Shown in pieces: positions 1 to 13,398 of a stretch of DNA of 64,000 nucleotides. This stretch comes from Octopus sinensis (lineage: Eukaryota), in assembly GCF_006345805.1 (NCBI RefSeq), contig NC_043003.1, positions 88,784,001 through 88,848,000 of the forward strand. The letters run 5' to 3'. Position 1 is the first letter of the stretch. Each line of letters starts with the position of its first letter. The translations under genes and the position numbers were made by a program. A model generated the notes under the pieces. The model had not been told where the DNA came from. It did no database searches and worked only from the letters and a program-made list of their open reading frames with translations.

Positions 1-1030
1 TATTACCAGCTGAAAGGAACTATAGCCAAATAGAAAAGAAAGCGTTAGCAATCATATTCAGTGTGAAAAATTCCATAGATTTATTCATGAAAGAAGTTTC
101 TGTCAACAAACGGATCATCACCCACTACTGTCAATATACACTTCTAAAAAAGGAATACCAACACACACAGCAAATAGACTACAGCGATGGGACACTACAT
201 CATTGAACTATGATTACAAAAGGGAATAATTACCATCAAAAGAAATAGGGGATGTCGATGGGTTGTCCAGACTGATACCAAAACACTGCAAGCCATTCAA
301 AGACATGGTAATTGCAGCATTAAGATCAGAAGCAGGAATGAAAAATGTAAAGTGGAATGTGGTATGTGATTTACCAGTGACCCTAGAAGACATAAAACTA
401 ATTGCAAAAAAGGACAAATTCCTAACAGAAATGGAAAGAATATTGTGGACAGGAAAAGTAAATAGGAACAGGACTGGTGCAAAACGAAACCAAGACATGA
501 ACCTATACTCAATTTGTGATGGCATACTGATGTATGCACAGAGAGTAGTAACACCTGAAACACTGCAAAAAATGTTGAGGGAATTCCATGTTGGACATCC
601 TGGTATTTCGAGAATGAAAGCTTTGTTGTGTAGCTACATGTACTGGCCAAAAGCGGACAGAGAAATTGAAAATTTAGTGAAAGGCTGCAGAGGATGTGCT
701 TTAGTGGCAAAATTACCAACAATAAAAAGTGAACCTTAGCCAAAAGTAGATGTGCCATGGTCAAGACTACACATCAATTTCGCTGGTCCTTTAAATGGTT
801 CATACAACTTAGTGGTAGTTGATAGTTTCTCTAAATGGCCAGAAAATTTCTAAGTGTAAACAAAAAACAAACAAACCTCCTCAACTGCGACAAACTTTCT
901 ACATGAGTTGTTTGCTAGATTTGGCATCCCAAACACAATAGTGCCTGACAATGGAATGCAATTTGTGTCTTTTGAGTTTAAAAAGTTTTGTAAAACGTTG
1001 CTGTAGAACATGTAACTATAGCACCATACC
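1..1030 (+). mobile_element. Ty3/Gypsy LTR retrotransposon pol remnant (RNase H end, integrase zinc finger and core), frameshifted
   Basis: Translates to YSQIEKKALAIIF..KKFHRFI, LREFHVGHPGISRMKALLCSYMYWP (integrase HHCC), PWSRLHINFAGP and LFARFGIPNTIVPDNG, with stops and frameshifts. Confidence 0.9.
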
Positions 1031-1039
1031 ATTCCAGAT

Positions 1040-1850
1040 CTATAAATAGTCATGTCTTACTTGCCTAACTAACTATAATGCTATACCAGAGGGAGTGTTA
1101 TAACAGTCTAACAGAGGATTACAACAGCTCACCAGATAACTGTACATAGTACCCTGTCAGAGTTAACAAAGGCCAGAAATAGTGGCTTACTCTTAACTAC
1201 ATATTTCTCCTGCAGCTGCCTCACTAGGAGGACAGCATCCATAGTACCACTTTCAGGAACAAAACCAAACTACATCTCATCTAAGTCCATCAAGTCATGA
1301 ATCAGTTGGACTTATAACTATCTCTGTGACCATAACTTGATCTAGTAATTGGATTCTTCTATAAATGCTTTTTTCTAAGGCATCGTTTTATGCCATTGTA
1401 GCAGTTTATGATGAAACCCTTCCTCACTAGATGTTTTGAGCAGCTCTTCAGCTTTCCCTTCCCTTCATGGTCTTTGATCACCTTATCTATGCTGCTGTCA
1501 ACTAAAATTGCTGGCCCCTCTGTAGCATTAGCATAAGGTGGTCCCTCTTTATTCAAAGAATTCTCCACATTCAACAGCCTCTCATAATAGCACTTCCACT
1601 CTACTTTTTGTTTTCCGTACTGACAAGTATGCATCTCATCAATTACATCTTGGTTGTCTATCATAGTCTCACAATCCTTAACACCTCAGAGCAAGTTGGC
1701 AAATCTCTTCCCTACTGCTCCCTTCACTAAATATACTAGTCACCTAGCTGCTCTTTTAGCCATTTGGTATTTCTCACTACTACCACATGCTTTCCAGGCC
1801 TGTCATTACCCTATCAACTGTACCATACCTTTACTATCGTATCAACTGTA
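1040..1850 (-). mobile_element. Degraded RTE-clade LINE fragment (endonuclease-RT linker and RT start)
   Basis: Minus-strand ORF 1359-1664 (WKCYYERLLNVEN..EGPAILVDS) and FGFVPESGTMDAVLLVRQLQEKY match the RTE copy at 33450-37030. Confidence 0.8.
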
Positions 1851-2179
1851 TCATTCTACCACCATGAAACTTGACTTGGTTGAGGTTTTTCTCCAGCCAC
1901 ATGCCTCTTTCATTGCCCTGAGCAAGTTACTTCATAAAAATACTTGTGTGTGTGTGTACATCTATCTATGTATTACCAATTTAATATCCACTTTTCCATG
2001 CTTGAATGGCCAAAAGAAATTTTGTTGAGGTAGATTTTCCATGATCAGATGTACTTCCTATCGCTAACCCTCCCCTGGAGGTAATATTTCCCCATGATCA
2101 GACATATTTTCATGGAAGATTGGAAAGAAAGGACACCGCTTACATGATAGTAACTTTCATCTAGAACTATTGTTATGTC

Positions 2180-2370
2180 AAGGCAAGGAGACAGTGGCAT
2201 ACACACATATACAATGAGTGTCTTTCAATTTCTGTCTATCAAATCCACTCACAAGGCTTTGGTCAGCCAGGGCTAGAGCTTTAGACACTTGCCCAAGGTG
2301 CCATGCACTTGTATGGAGCCTAGAACCATTAGGTTGGGAAGCAAACTTTTTACACCCACCCACCACACAC
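2180..2370 (-). mobile_element. tRNA-derived SINE fragment
   Basis: Shares the core gcaccttgggcaagtgtct...gccttgtgagtggatttggtagac with copies near 19310, 31420 and 54090. Confidence 0.75.
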
Positions 2371-2978
2371 ACAGACTCATATACATTTCATTTGTTTCAG
2401 TCATTGAACAGCAATACCGATGGAGCACCATATTATACACAAAGTGTTGGCAGGAGAAAAAATAGGGTATCATTGCCTCTTTGGAAAGCAGTCATACTCA
2501 CTCAGCATTAAAGTAGTTACAAACGCTATATGGTTTTTCCAATGTTGACAGTGGATATACAAGAGATGCAAAAGGATAGCAGAGAAGGTTGACTGAGAAG
2601 ACTTCATACACAATTGATGCACAGAAGTAGTTAACAATAGGAGCAACAATGACATATTTTTTCAAATACTCTAAAGGTTCCTAAATAGTAGTAGACAGTT
2701 TCAATCATAGGACAGTGCCCATTCTGAGCACAACCTTCAAAGGTTGTCCATCACATCAACCCTTCCCTCCAGTACTTATTTAAAGTTTGGTACTTGTTTT
2801 GTCTAAGTACCAAACTCTTTTTTTACCATAATTCATAAACATAGGTATCATAATTAGACACAGACATTATAATAGATGTAAGGTATTATAATTAAAGACA
2901 ATTTCTAAAAAGCTTAAACATAAAGATAAGAAAAAATATCCTGGTTTATTCTACATGACGTCATTTAATAGAACTCAC

Positions 2979-3083
2979 CTAGCTCTTCATATTTTCCATT
3001 CAAATCCTTCGTAGATTCATTCTGAGTTTCTAACTGAGAGTTTGCTGTGATTAATTGTTTTTCTAGTTCAAAATATTGTTGCT
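2979..3083 (-). CDS. TPR: Nucleoprotein TPR (Megator), coding exon 2 (105 nt)
   Basis: Acceptor ttttctgtattttag and donor GTGAGT. The phase 1-1 exon encodes (E)QQYFELEKQLITANSQLETQNESTKDLNGKYEEL, matching the TPR N-terminal motif EQQYFEIEKRL as I recall it. It joins in frame to the exon at 15390-15240. Confidence 0.88.
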
Positions 3084-3246
3084 CTAAAATACAGAAAAGA
3101 AACATATAGCATGTTAATGACTTTATAATAAAGAAAAGCTGTATAGATTCAGAGTATCATTCACATATTCAATTTATAAACATGTTATCAATGAGAACAT
3201 TTAAAGTGATATGAGTCAAATTTCAAGTGATTAGAAATACAGTTAA

Positions 3247-3432
3247 CCCTTTAGTATTCAGATTAGTCTGTCAAATGTAATGCTTATTTATTCACACTGT
3301 TTTGAATTACATCATAGCTGATGCAATGGCTTGACATTGTATGGTTAGTGTTGAGAGACTTGATCTATCCAGTTTAAACATAGAACAGGAAGAATATTTA
3401 GGCTTGATATGGCCAGTTTGAATACTAAAGGG
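3247..3432. mobile_element. piggyBac-like MITE (TTAA target, CCC...GGG ends)
   Basis: TTAA-CCCTTTAGTATTC ... GAATACTAAAGGG-TTTA; same family as 4612-4813 in opposite orientation. Confidence 0.75.
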
Positions 3433-3705
3433 TTTAAACAAGGTAATCATAGAAAAAATGAACTAAAACAAGTGGGTGGTTGTAATGAAGCAAAAGGGTT
3501 AGAGGACAGGAAGAAATTGCTGGAAGGGCTACTATCATAACATACAAACACACTCTCTCTTTCTCTCTCTGGAGTGTTCCTAAATTTTCAGTAAATGCTA
3601 CAATGTAAGCAATTTCACATATATATTACTAGACATCTGTGACAAGACGTGTGTACACCGTGTCTGTTAAATTATCCGAAAGAAGTGAATTCATGAAGTT
3701 TTATC

Positions 3706-4255
3706 ATCATCATCATTTAATGTCCGCTTTCCATGCTCGCATGGATTTGACTGAGGTCTGGCAAACTAGATGGCTGCACCAGGCTCCGATCTGATCTGGC
3801 AGAGTTTCTACAGCTGGATGCCCTTCCTAACGCTAACCACCCAGAGTGTGATGGATGCTTTTATGTGCCACCGGCATGAGGGTCAGTCAGGCGGTACTGG
3901 CAACAGCCACGCTCAAATGGTGTTTCTTATGTGCCACTTGCACAGGAGCCAATCCAGCAGCACTGGCAACGACCTCGCTTGAATGTTTTTTCATGTGCCA
4001 CCAGCATTTTTACATGCCGCTGGCACAGATGCTAGTCAGCTGTTCTAGCAACGATCACACTTAGGTGATGCTCTTAGTGCTCCACTGGCACGGGTGCCAG
4101 TCATCAAATTTGATTTGATTTCGATTTCACTTGCATCAACAGGTCTTCGCAAGCAGAGTTTAGTGTCCAATGAAGGAAAGATACGCACAAGTGGGCTGGT
4201 TACACCCCTTGCATAGGCCACGGGTTATGGTCACGCTTGGCTTGCTGGGTCAAAT
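3706..4255 (-). mobile_element. RTE LINE 3' end (3' UTR with hairpin repeats and (GAT)n tail)
   Basis: Reverse complement of the 3' UTR following RTE ORFs at 12830-13398 and 36500-37030. Confidence 0.85.
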
Positions 4256-4269
4256 TTCAGTGTAAAATA

Positions 4270-4445
4270 CATTTTCTGTAAATGAGTGCCATTTCAATGT
4301 TGAGGGAATTCCATGTTAGACATCCTGGTATTTCAGGGATGAAAGTTTTGATGCGTAGCTACATGTACTGGCCAAAAATGGATAGAGAAATCAATAATTT
4401 AGTGAAAGGCTGTAGAGTATACACTTTAGTGGCAAAATTACTTCA
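4270..4445 (+). mobile_element. Short Gypsy integrase fragment
   Basis: MLREFHVRHPGISGMKVLMRSYMYWPKMDREI is closely similar to 570-720. Confidence 0.8.
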
Positions 4446-4611
4446 GGTTACTGGATATTTATAGGGTCAGGGTCATGCAGAAAAGATACTGACTCCAGAA
4501 TTATGTTTCAATATTCCATAGCAGAAGTTGCATTATGTATATGAAACTGCAAGTATGTCCTTGGTCCTAAACTGGCTTTTAATAGCCAGTACCTTGATTT
4601 CGTGGTATTAA

Positions 4612-4813
4612 CCCTTTAGCATTCAAATCAGCCCAAATATTCTACTTGCTTTATGTTCAAACTAGCCAGATCTGCTCACTCACACAATACCCAACGTCAT
4701 TCTAAAGATAAAGACATCACTGAAATCTTAAAACCACAAAATATTAGGTTTAATTCAAAACAATGTGAATAAATAACCATCATATTTGACAGAGTAATCT
4801 GAATGCTAAAGGG
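4612..4813. mobile_element. piggyBac-like MITE
   Basis: TTAA-CCCTTTAGCATTC ... GAATGCTAAAGGG-TTAA, with terminal inverted repeats and TTAA on both sides. Confidence 0.85.
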
Positions 4814-5252
4814 TTAAGCAGATGAACACAAAATTTAGTATTGTAAAGGGGCACCAATCTATGAATTCACCAGAGAATATGGCAACTGTTCTTTACACAA
4901 TAGATGAAGTGTGAAGAATTAAATGTATTATTGATCAAAAACACTAACAGTTGATTTGAACTTAAGATTCTGTCTCATATTTTTTTTTTTATCATTTTAC
5001 TTCTGCACTATATTGGTCTTAAGACTTTTTAACTAACCTTGTTTGAAGCTATATGATTACTAATTTACAAAATCATTGTTATTTAGCCCAGAACAGGCCT
5101 GATCCAGCAGACCTATGATCAAAGTCAATGTAACCATTATCATCTCTTTCACATCCCTTCTAACAGTGCATCTGGGGCTACATTACTCAATGTGTTCTTC
5201 CTTCTTTAAGTTGGTAAAGTGAAGAGAATTTAATGAATTTACTGATGTAAAG

Positions 5253-5924
5253 CTGCGGTTCTTGACCTGGCGGTCATTTCAGATTTCTGGGAGGGGGTGG
5301 GGTCATGGAAGGTTTGGGAGAAAGTAATCTATTTCATTTATTTGAGGTATTGCAGCAGCTAGCAGTATCATGGCTGAATGCGCTTTGCTCTTGCACTGTG
5401 ACTCCCATGGCACTTTGCATTCCAAGACTCGTTTGTTAGTTCTCAGCTGCACTGATGTTTATTAATCTCTGGTCACATGATCACATAAACTCCTCTGTGA
5501 TTGAGTGTGGTGTTGCATTATGTTGCACATCACTGCATTGCTTCGTGCACTGCTGTGTCGTAATGGTAAGTGTTGTATTTTTCCATACATTGTTAAGTTT
5601 AATTCAGTATTGTTGCGTCTATTATTTTGCAATTTTGCTTACTATACTTACTTAATACACTTAGTAAAGAAAAATTTACATTGTATATGGAGTTCTTATT
5701 TTTCTGTTTGCAGTATGTCTGCCAAGTAGCATACATACAATGAGGCCTTTCTCAAGATGGGGTTCACAAGCATTGTTCAGAACTGTGGTCAAGCCGCAAT
5801 GCATCATTTGTGCCAATGTCTTGAGTTATGGAAATATGAAGCTGAGCAAACTTAAGGTTCATTGAGAGCCAACTGGTGGATAAAAGCCCGGACTATTTCA
5901 AGCGAAAAGAAGCTTCTCTGAAGG
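5253..5924 (+). mobile_element. hAT (Charlie/Buster-type) DNA transposon, 5' part
   Basis: Putative terminus ctgcggttcttgacc at about 5253. 5705-5924 translates to YNEAFLKMGFTSI..PQCIICANVLSYGNMKLSKLKVH..DKSPDYFKRKEASLK (BED-like N-terminus). Confidence 0.75.
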
Positions 5925-8900
5925 TGTTGAGGCAAGAGTATAACACCTCCTGATGGGAATGGATGGGACCACTACATATAAATAGTAGCGGTCTGATTTA
6001 GTCAGCAGTTTGTAGTTGGGTCTTCAAAGTCCAGGTGCAGTTTACAGTCCGAATTAGTAGGTTGAAAATATTGATTGCTGGTTTGTAAAAGAGTGTTGGT
6101 TCGCTACATGTTTGTTACTGCCGCTCATTCTGTTTTGTATTGTTATAACACTGTAACAGCGTATTCTTTATCTATCGTTGACAATATCAACCATACTATG
6201 ATATTGGGGGCTTTAGGACATAACATCTGGCAATGAGGATTTCTCAAAGCTCACATAGGTTATTTAACAATTTGTGCATCATACAAATTGGTAAATTATG
6301 GAGAACCTATTAGCTGCAGTAATACAGCTTCAAGAGAGGCAACAGGAACAAGTACAGGAGTTGCAGAAGGAAATATTACAACAACAGTTAATTGAGGTAC
6401 AGTCAAGGAAGCCCAAAACTTCAGTAAGTTTGTTTACGCCAGATAGCATAGCGAACTCAATTTCTGAATTCATTTATAATCTGGAGGAGGGTGTTACATT
6501 TCCTGTGTACTATAGTAGGTACGAAGAAATTTTTAACAAAGATTACAAGTCATGGTCAGATGAGGAGAAAGTGAGGCTATTACTATGCAAGGTAGCTCCA
6601 GCCGAGCATAAATGCTACTGTAACTTTATATTGCCCAAAATGTCAAGTGAGATTTGTTTGAATTACTCGCAAAGATCTTTTGTGGTAAAAGTTTGTTATT
6701 TAACACTCAAATGGAATGTTGGAACTTAACAAAAAATGATGATGACTTTATTACATATGCGAGAGTGGTCAATCATGTGTGAAAACTTTAAACTTCAGGA
6801 ATTCACTCAGGGTATGTTTAAATCCCTTATCTTCATACAAGCTCTTACAGCAACCCATAAGAAAATCGGGCAAGGATTCTCTCAAAAATGGAGCAAGCGA
6901 AACAAGACTTAATCCTACAGACCAGCAGAAGAACGTCAAACAATAATAAATCTGAAGCACAATGTGAAAAAAATTCAAGAGAAAGATTCTGCAAAAATAC
7001 AGATGTATTAACCCGGTAAGTACAACCAAAAGAGAATGCCAGGGCCCTAATCCATGTTACGGATGTGGAGGCCTACATTTCAGAAAAGAGTGTCCATTTA
7101 AAAACTGAAAAATGCTTTAGTTATCAGAAACTTGGTTACAAGAGCTCACACTGCAGGACAAGATTACGTGCGTCAGCAGAAAGTGAATACAACACAAAAA
7201 CAAGAAAATTCGTACACATAAAAATAAACAGTGAAATAGTAAACTACAGTTGGATAGAGGTAGTGATATTTCAATCATAAATTAGGATACATGGAGAAAA
7301 ATCGGGAAACTGAGGTTACGTAAAACAGCGAAAATTACACGTGGTGTGTGACAGGCGATAAATTGCATTTCGTGGGCAAAATGTGTACAGACATCATGTT
7401 TTGAGGAGAAACACGCAAAGCAAAAATATTCATTGTGGAGAATACAATCAATATGTTCAGTGCAGATTGGTTGGAGTTATTTGACTTCTGGCCCCTCCCC
7501 ATAAATCTCTACTGCAAAAACATAAATGGTTGTCCCATTAAAAATAAATCATCTGAGGCATTGAAGAGAAAATTGAAAAAGATGTTTCCTCAAGTACTAT
7601 CGGAGGACATAGGTTCATGTAAAAAGACTGAAACCTGCTTTAAACTAAGTGAAAATGCTGTGCCTGTATTTAAATCTAACAGCAACTGAAATTGTAAATG
7701 AAGAGTTGGACTGACTGTAAAAGAGTGGAATCGTGAAAAAGGTGGATTATTCTAAGTGGGCGGCACCCATGGTGTGCATTAAAAAGAAAAATAAGATTAG
7801 GCTGTGTGCAGATTTCTCTACAGGATGAAACAACTGCTTAAAAACATGCCACCATCCACTCCCAACTCCAGAGGACATTTTTTGCAAAATTAAATGGTGG
7901 AAACATTTTCTCCAAATTAAATCTGACTCCAATCTACCGATTAAAGTAAATGACACATGCTCAAAGTATCTGATAATAAATACACATAGAGGATTATACA
8001 GTTATACCTGGTTACCTTTTGGATTAAAGGTTGCGCCAGCAATATATCAGCAAATCATGGACGCTATGTTATCTGATTGTGACTTTGCAATCCCTTATTT
8101 GGATGATATATAGATCAAGATTAATTGAAGTGAACAGCATGTGAAGCATATAAAAGCTGTGTTCAAGAAAATTAAAGAGCATGAGTTCACTTTGAGCGAA
8201 GATAAATGTGAAATGTTTTGCTTCAAATTAAGTACTTAAGACAAATAATTGAGAAAAATAGTAGACAGCCTGACCCATCAAAGGCAGATGCTCCAACAAA
8301 TAAACCAACATTACAAGCATTTCTTGGGCTGGTAAACTACTACCAAAACTACATTCCTAACATGCATAAAGAGCTCCATTGAATCGGTCAGTTAAATACC
8401 AAAATGCGTTTGAAGAAATAAAAAAATTTCTAACTGCAGACTTGTCTCTAGTGCATTTCAATCCTGAAATGGACATTGTCGTAGTGTCTGATGCTTCAGA
8501 GTACAGAATAAGAGCAGTCTTGCTACACAAGTATAAAGATGGAATTATGAAACCAGTGATTCATGTTTTGTGCTCGCTGATAACGACAGAGAAAAATAGT
8601 CAGATAAAAAAGGCCCTATTGATTATCTTTGCTGTAAAAAAATTTCACAGGTTTCTGTTTTCTGTTAAAAACAGATCATCAACCATTGCTGTCAATTTAT
8701 GGATCAAAGAAAGGGTTACCTACCCAAACAGCAAACCAACTACAATGTTGGGGTATAATATTACTAAATTACCATTTCAAAATGCAGTATATTCCATCTA
8801 AAAAAATTGGTCATGCAGACTGTCTATTAAGACTAATTCCCAAAAATACAGAACCACTAGAGGATACCATGATAGCCACACTGCAGGCAGAGAATGAAAT

Positions 8901-11390
8901 AAAATGTATGACTAATGTTATCCAAGAACTGCCAGTAACTGCACAGGACATAATGATGAAATCTGTAGGCTATGAGGATATAACAAAAATGAAAGAAGCT
9001 TTAAAAAAATAAGCAGAATAAAAATAGAAAATTTGAGTAGTTTCTCAATATGAGACAATATTCTGATGTATGTGCAAAGAGTTGCAGTACAGACTACATC
9101 AGAAAAACATGTATTGCAGCAATTCCACAGTGGACACCCATGAGTGTCAAGGATGAAAGCTCTGAGGACCAGGATATTGAAAATTTGGTGAGAACTTGTC
9201 ATGGTTGCATGCTCACAGCCAAAGCCCCACTGGTAAAATATCAATCATGGCTAGAGACTGAGAACCCATGGTCTAGGTTACATATCGATTATGTTGGACC
9301 AGTGAATGGCACTTACTATCTAATTGTGGAATGTCGACCAGTTCCAGCAGGCAGTTACACTGCAGTGACTGGGAATAATCTAACAGCTGATGTCTTAAAA
9401 ATTAGAGAAATTCAACTGGAAGAAACAAATTTCAAGAAGAACAATAAACTGTTAAGAAAGGAAGGACACAGCCTGAGGCTGACACCACCTAAGGGAGTTA
9501 TTGAAAAGACAGAGAGAAGGACAGTGATATACAGAACGCTGTCTATTGCAATTGCAGTAGAGGTAGTTGAACAATGCTTGGGAAGTCAAAGATCTAACGA
9601 CATACTACACCAGAGGAAATACGGTACAGTGCATGTACACTTCGCGAGTGAACAAGCAATAAAACACTCCACTGTGCCTTTGAGATCAACTAAGTGGATA
9701 CTACTATCAGCCAGAGTGAGGATTGGTAGAGTGCCCCAGAAATTGATGAGGTGTGGCTGGTGGCAGCCATTCTCTATAATGCAGAAGAGGAAATTACAGA
9801 GGTAAACTGATGGAGATATGGCCTTGAGGTGTCGGTTCACATCAGTTTACCAGACCTCCACAAAATTGCAGAGGAACGAGTATTGCCAGACAAGACAAAG
9901 CTGAGAGTTGTAGTGGAAGTAAGACTTCCCATATGCTATCCAAGTGGAGTATGGGGACACATGAAAGCTAAGTGTCCCCAGAAACAGGAAGAGAATGTGA
10001 TGGAGAGGGAACAGCAAGAAGAGGTAGACATACAAGGCATAGAGGAGCAGAGGCCAGTGTAAAATCCGGAAGAAAGATAGTGGTGAAGAGGAAGAAAAGA
10101 CGAAAACACAGACTTTGCCACCAAGAGTCCTACTGTGGTAATCATGCAGCCAGTGTTAGAATTGGTAGAGTGCCCCCAGAGATTGACAAGTCATGGCTGG
10201 TGGCAGCTATCCTCTACAACACAGAGGAGGAGACTAAAATCCTCAAAATTACAACAACAGAGGTAAACTGATGGGGATACAGCCTTGAGGTGACGGTCCA
10301 CATCAGTTACCAGACCTCCACAAAATTGCAGAAGTAGTATTACCTGACGAGACAAAGCTAAGCATGGTAGTGGAGGGAAGACCACCCATATGGTTTCAGT
10401 GTGGAGTACGGGGAGACATGAAGGCTAAGTGTCCCAGAAACATGAAGAGGAGGTAATGGAGAGGGAACAGAAACGAGAGGAAAAGGTTCAAAGCGTAGAG
10501 GAGCAAAGGCCAGTAGAAAATATAGAAGAAAAGTATACAGTGAAGAGAAAGAAGATAGGAGAAAACTAGCATGGAGGAGAAAGTAAAAGGAGAGGTAAAA
10601 AAGGAAGATAGAAGAGAAATGACAATAACATCGAGTGAGAAACAAGCAGAGAAGAAAGAGATGGAAACACCAGCAACAGCAGAAGAGATTACTGATGGAA
10701 ATCAGAAAGTAACACTGAAGGGAAAACAATTAAGAACTATGATACAGTACAGAAAAAAATGTAGAAATTGAAAAAAGCAGCACGAAAATGAAAAATGTAA
10801 TTAGGGTGAAGTTAGCACCTCAACCATGCAATGAAGGATTTAAAGCTGTCTTGCTTGTAAAAGAGAAAGGTGAAAAGTTGAAGGAACTATTCAGGGAAAT
10901 GATAGAGATATCACCGTTACAGTGTCGATTCAATGAGTTGCTACCAGTGGTGGCATTTGATGACATAATATAAAGGAACTTTTTTTTTTAAAATGATGGA
11001 AAAAAAAAAGAATAATGAACTGTAAGTTAATGTGATACATAAACAGTAAAATGGAACTGCCTGCTTGTGGGGGACATTTCATCTCATTTTATTCATAATT
11101 TCATCCGCTATGTTTTGTGAACCTCACTGTATTATTTTGTCTATCCTTGTATCGTCCCATCTGTATAAGAGCTTTTGTGCCTAATAAAAGAAATTAGTTC
11201 ATAGTTTCATCTTCAAAGTCCAGGCATAGTTTACAATTTGAGTTAGTGTGTTGAAAATATTGATTGTTGGTTCGTTACATGCTTGTTACTGTTGCTGTTT
11301 CTATTTTGTATTCTTATAACACTGTTACAGTATATTCTTTATCTAATGTCAACAATATCAACCGTACTACGATATTGGAGGCTTGTCACA
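5925..11390 (+). mobile_element. Degraded Ty3/Gypsy LTR retrotransposon inserted in the hAT transposase
   Basis: 5' LTR about 5925-6225 ends in ACA, followed by PBS-like TCTGGCAATGAGGAT. Gag at 6298-7300; RT (WAAPMVCIKKK..IRLCADF, RLPFGLKVAPAIYQQIMDAMLSDCDFAIPYLDDI); RNase H (DASEY); integrase to about 9330. The 3' LTR remnant at about 11200-11390 matches 6020-6225. Confidence 0.88.
9330..11060 (+). mobile_element. L1/Tx1-like LINE ORF1 (gag-like) remnant nested in Gypsy integrase, with about 440-bp internal tandem duplication
   Basis: Abrupt switch at GTYYLIV|ECRP. Degenerate zinc knuckle CYPSGVWGHMKAKCP followed by a charged tail. 9708-10146 is duplicated at 10147-10560. Confidence 0.6.
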
Positions 11391-11715
11391 TCGATTCCAC
11401 TGTTCACTTCACTTGTTAGAACAAAGCAGCGCTGGATGCTTCATACAGCACAAGCCAAGAAGCCTCATACCATTTAAGAGCTGATTAAGCTTTGCATTCT
11501 GGAAACAATGAAGATGATTCTTGGAGAACAGCAGGCACACAAGTTGAGGACAATTTCCCTTTCAAATGATACAGTCAAAAGTTGGATTTTGGACATGAGT
11601 AGAGGATATTCTACTGCAAGTGGTGACTGCTGTGAAGAGCAGTCCTATGTACTCATTGCAACTGGATGAGTCAACAGAAATCTCATGTTCCCAACTCCTT
11701 GTCTACATGAAAAGC
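11391..11715 (+). mobile_element. hAT (Buster-type) transposase, continuation after the Gypsy insertion
   Basis: DST..NKAALDAS..AQAKKPHTI*ELIKLCILETMKMILGE..KLRTISLSNDTV..YSLQLDESTEISCSQLLVY. Confidence 0.85.
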
Positions 11716-11759
11716 AGACGTTAAACGTAATGATGTATAATAATATATATATAATTATG

Positions 11760-13398
11760 ATGCAAAGTAGAGGTTGGGGTCCACCAGGGTTCAGTACTCA
11801 GCCCCCTCCTATTTATCATAGTCCTCCAGGCAATTACGGAGGAATTCAAGACAGGTTGCCCCTGGGAGCTCCTATATGCTGACGACCTTGCTCTAATTGC
11901 TGAGTCACTATCAGAACTGGAGAAGTTCCAGGTGTGGAAGGAGGGTCTAGAATCGAGGGGCCTTAGAGTCAACCTAGCTAAAACCAAAGTACTAATAAGT
12001 AGGAAGGTAGACAATCCACAAATGTCTTCAGGAAGATGGCCCTGCTCGATCTGTAGAAAAGGTGTAGGTAGAAACTCTATAAGATGTACCCAGTGTAAGC
12101 TATTGACACATAAGAGGTGCAGCAATGTCAAAGGAAGGCTAACTGGGAAGATGGTTTTTGTATGTGGCAGATGCTCGGGAGCATTAACCTCTGAAAATCT
12201 GCAGAAAACAACTTTCGTCACTTTCCAGGGGGAAAAACTAGAAGTAGTTGATAGCTTCCGTTATCTTGGTGACCAAGTCAGTAGTGGGGGTGGGTGTGCT
12301 GAAAGTGTAACGGCTAGAGTAAGAATAGCCTGGGCAAAGTTTGGGGAGCTCTTACCTATGCTGGTGACTAAAGGCCTCTCGCTCAGAGTAAAAGGCAGAC
12401 TGTATGATGCATGTGTACAAACAGCCATGCTACATGGCAGTGAAACATGAGCCGTGACTGCTGAGGACATGCGTAAGCTCGTGAGAAATGAAGCCAGTAT
12501 CCTCCAATGGATGTGTAATGTCAGTGTGCATGCTCGACAGAGCGTTAGTACCCTGAGAGAAATGTTGGACCTAAGGAGCATCAGTTGTGGTGTGCAAGAG
12601 AGACGATTGCGCTGGTATGGTCATGTGGCGAGAATGGATGAAGATAGGTGTGTGAAAAAGTGCCAATCCCTAGCAGTGGAGGGAACCCGTGGAAGAGGTA
12701 GACACAGGAAAACTTGGGACGAGGTGGTGAAGCATGACCTTCGAACTTTAGGTCTCACTGAGGAAATGACCAGCGACCGAGACCTTTGGAAATATGCTGT
12801 GCGTGAAAAGACCAGGCAGGACAAGTGAGTCCAGCCCACTTATGCATGCCTTTCCTAAATTGGACACACAAAGACCTGTTGAGGCAAGCGAAGTCGATAT
12901 CGAACCTCATCCGACGACAGGCACCTATGCCAACCCCGCTTTGCTTGCGAAGACCTGTTGGGGCAAGTGAAATCGGAATCGAAATTAAACCAATCCTATG
13001 ACTGGCACCCGGCAGATGCCAAGACCCCTAGACTGGAGATACGTAAAAAGCACTATCCGAATCGTGGCCGATGCCAGCACCGCCTCGACTGGCTTCCGTG
13101 TCGGTGGCACGTAAAAAGCACCATCCGAACCGTGGCCGAAGCCAGTGCCGCCTCGACTGGCTTCCATGCCGATGGCACGTAAAATGCACCAATCCGACCG
13201 TGGCCGATGCCAGCCTCGCCTGGCACCAGTGCAGGTGGCACGTAAAAAGTACCCACTACACTCACGGAGTGGTTGGCGTTAGGAAGGGCATTCAGCTGTA
13301 GAAACATTGCCAGATAAGACAGGAGCCTTCTGGCTTCCCAGATCCCCGGTCGAACCGTCCAACCCATGCTAGCATGGAGAACGGATGTTAAACGATGA
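11760..13398 (+). mobile_element. 5'-truncated RTE LINE (RT C-terminus plus 3' UTR)
   Basis: ELLYADDLALIAES, FRYLGDQ, ERRLRWYGHVARM, RGRGRHRKTWDEVV, then 3' UTR repeats and GAT tail. Confidence 0.92.
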
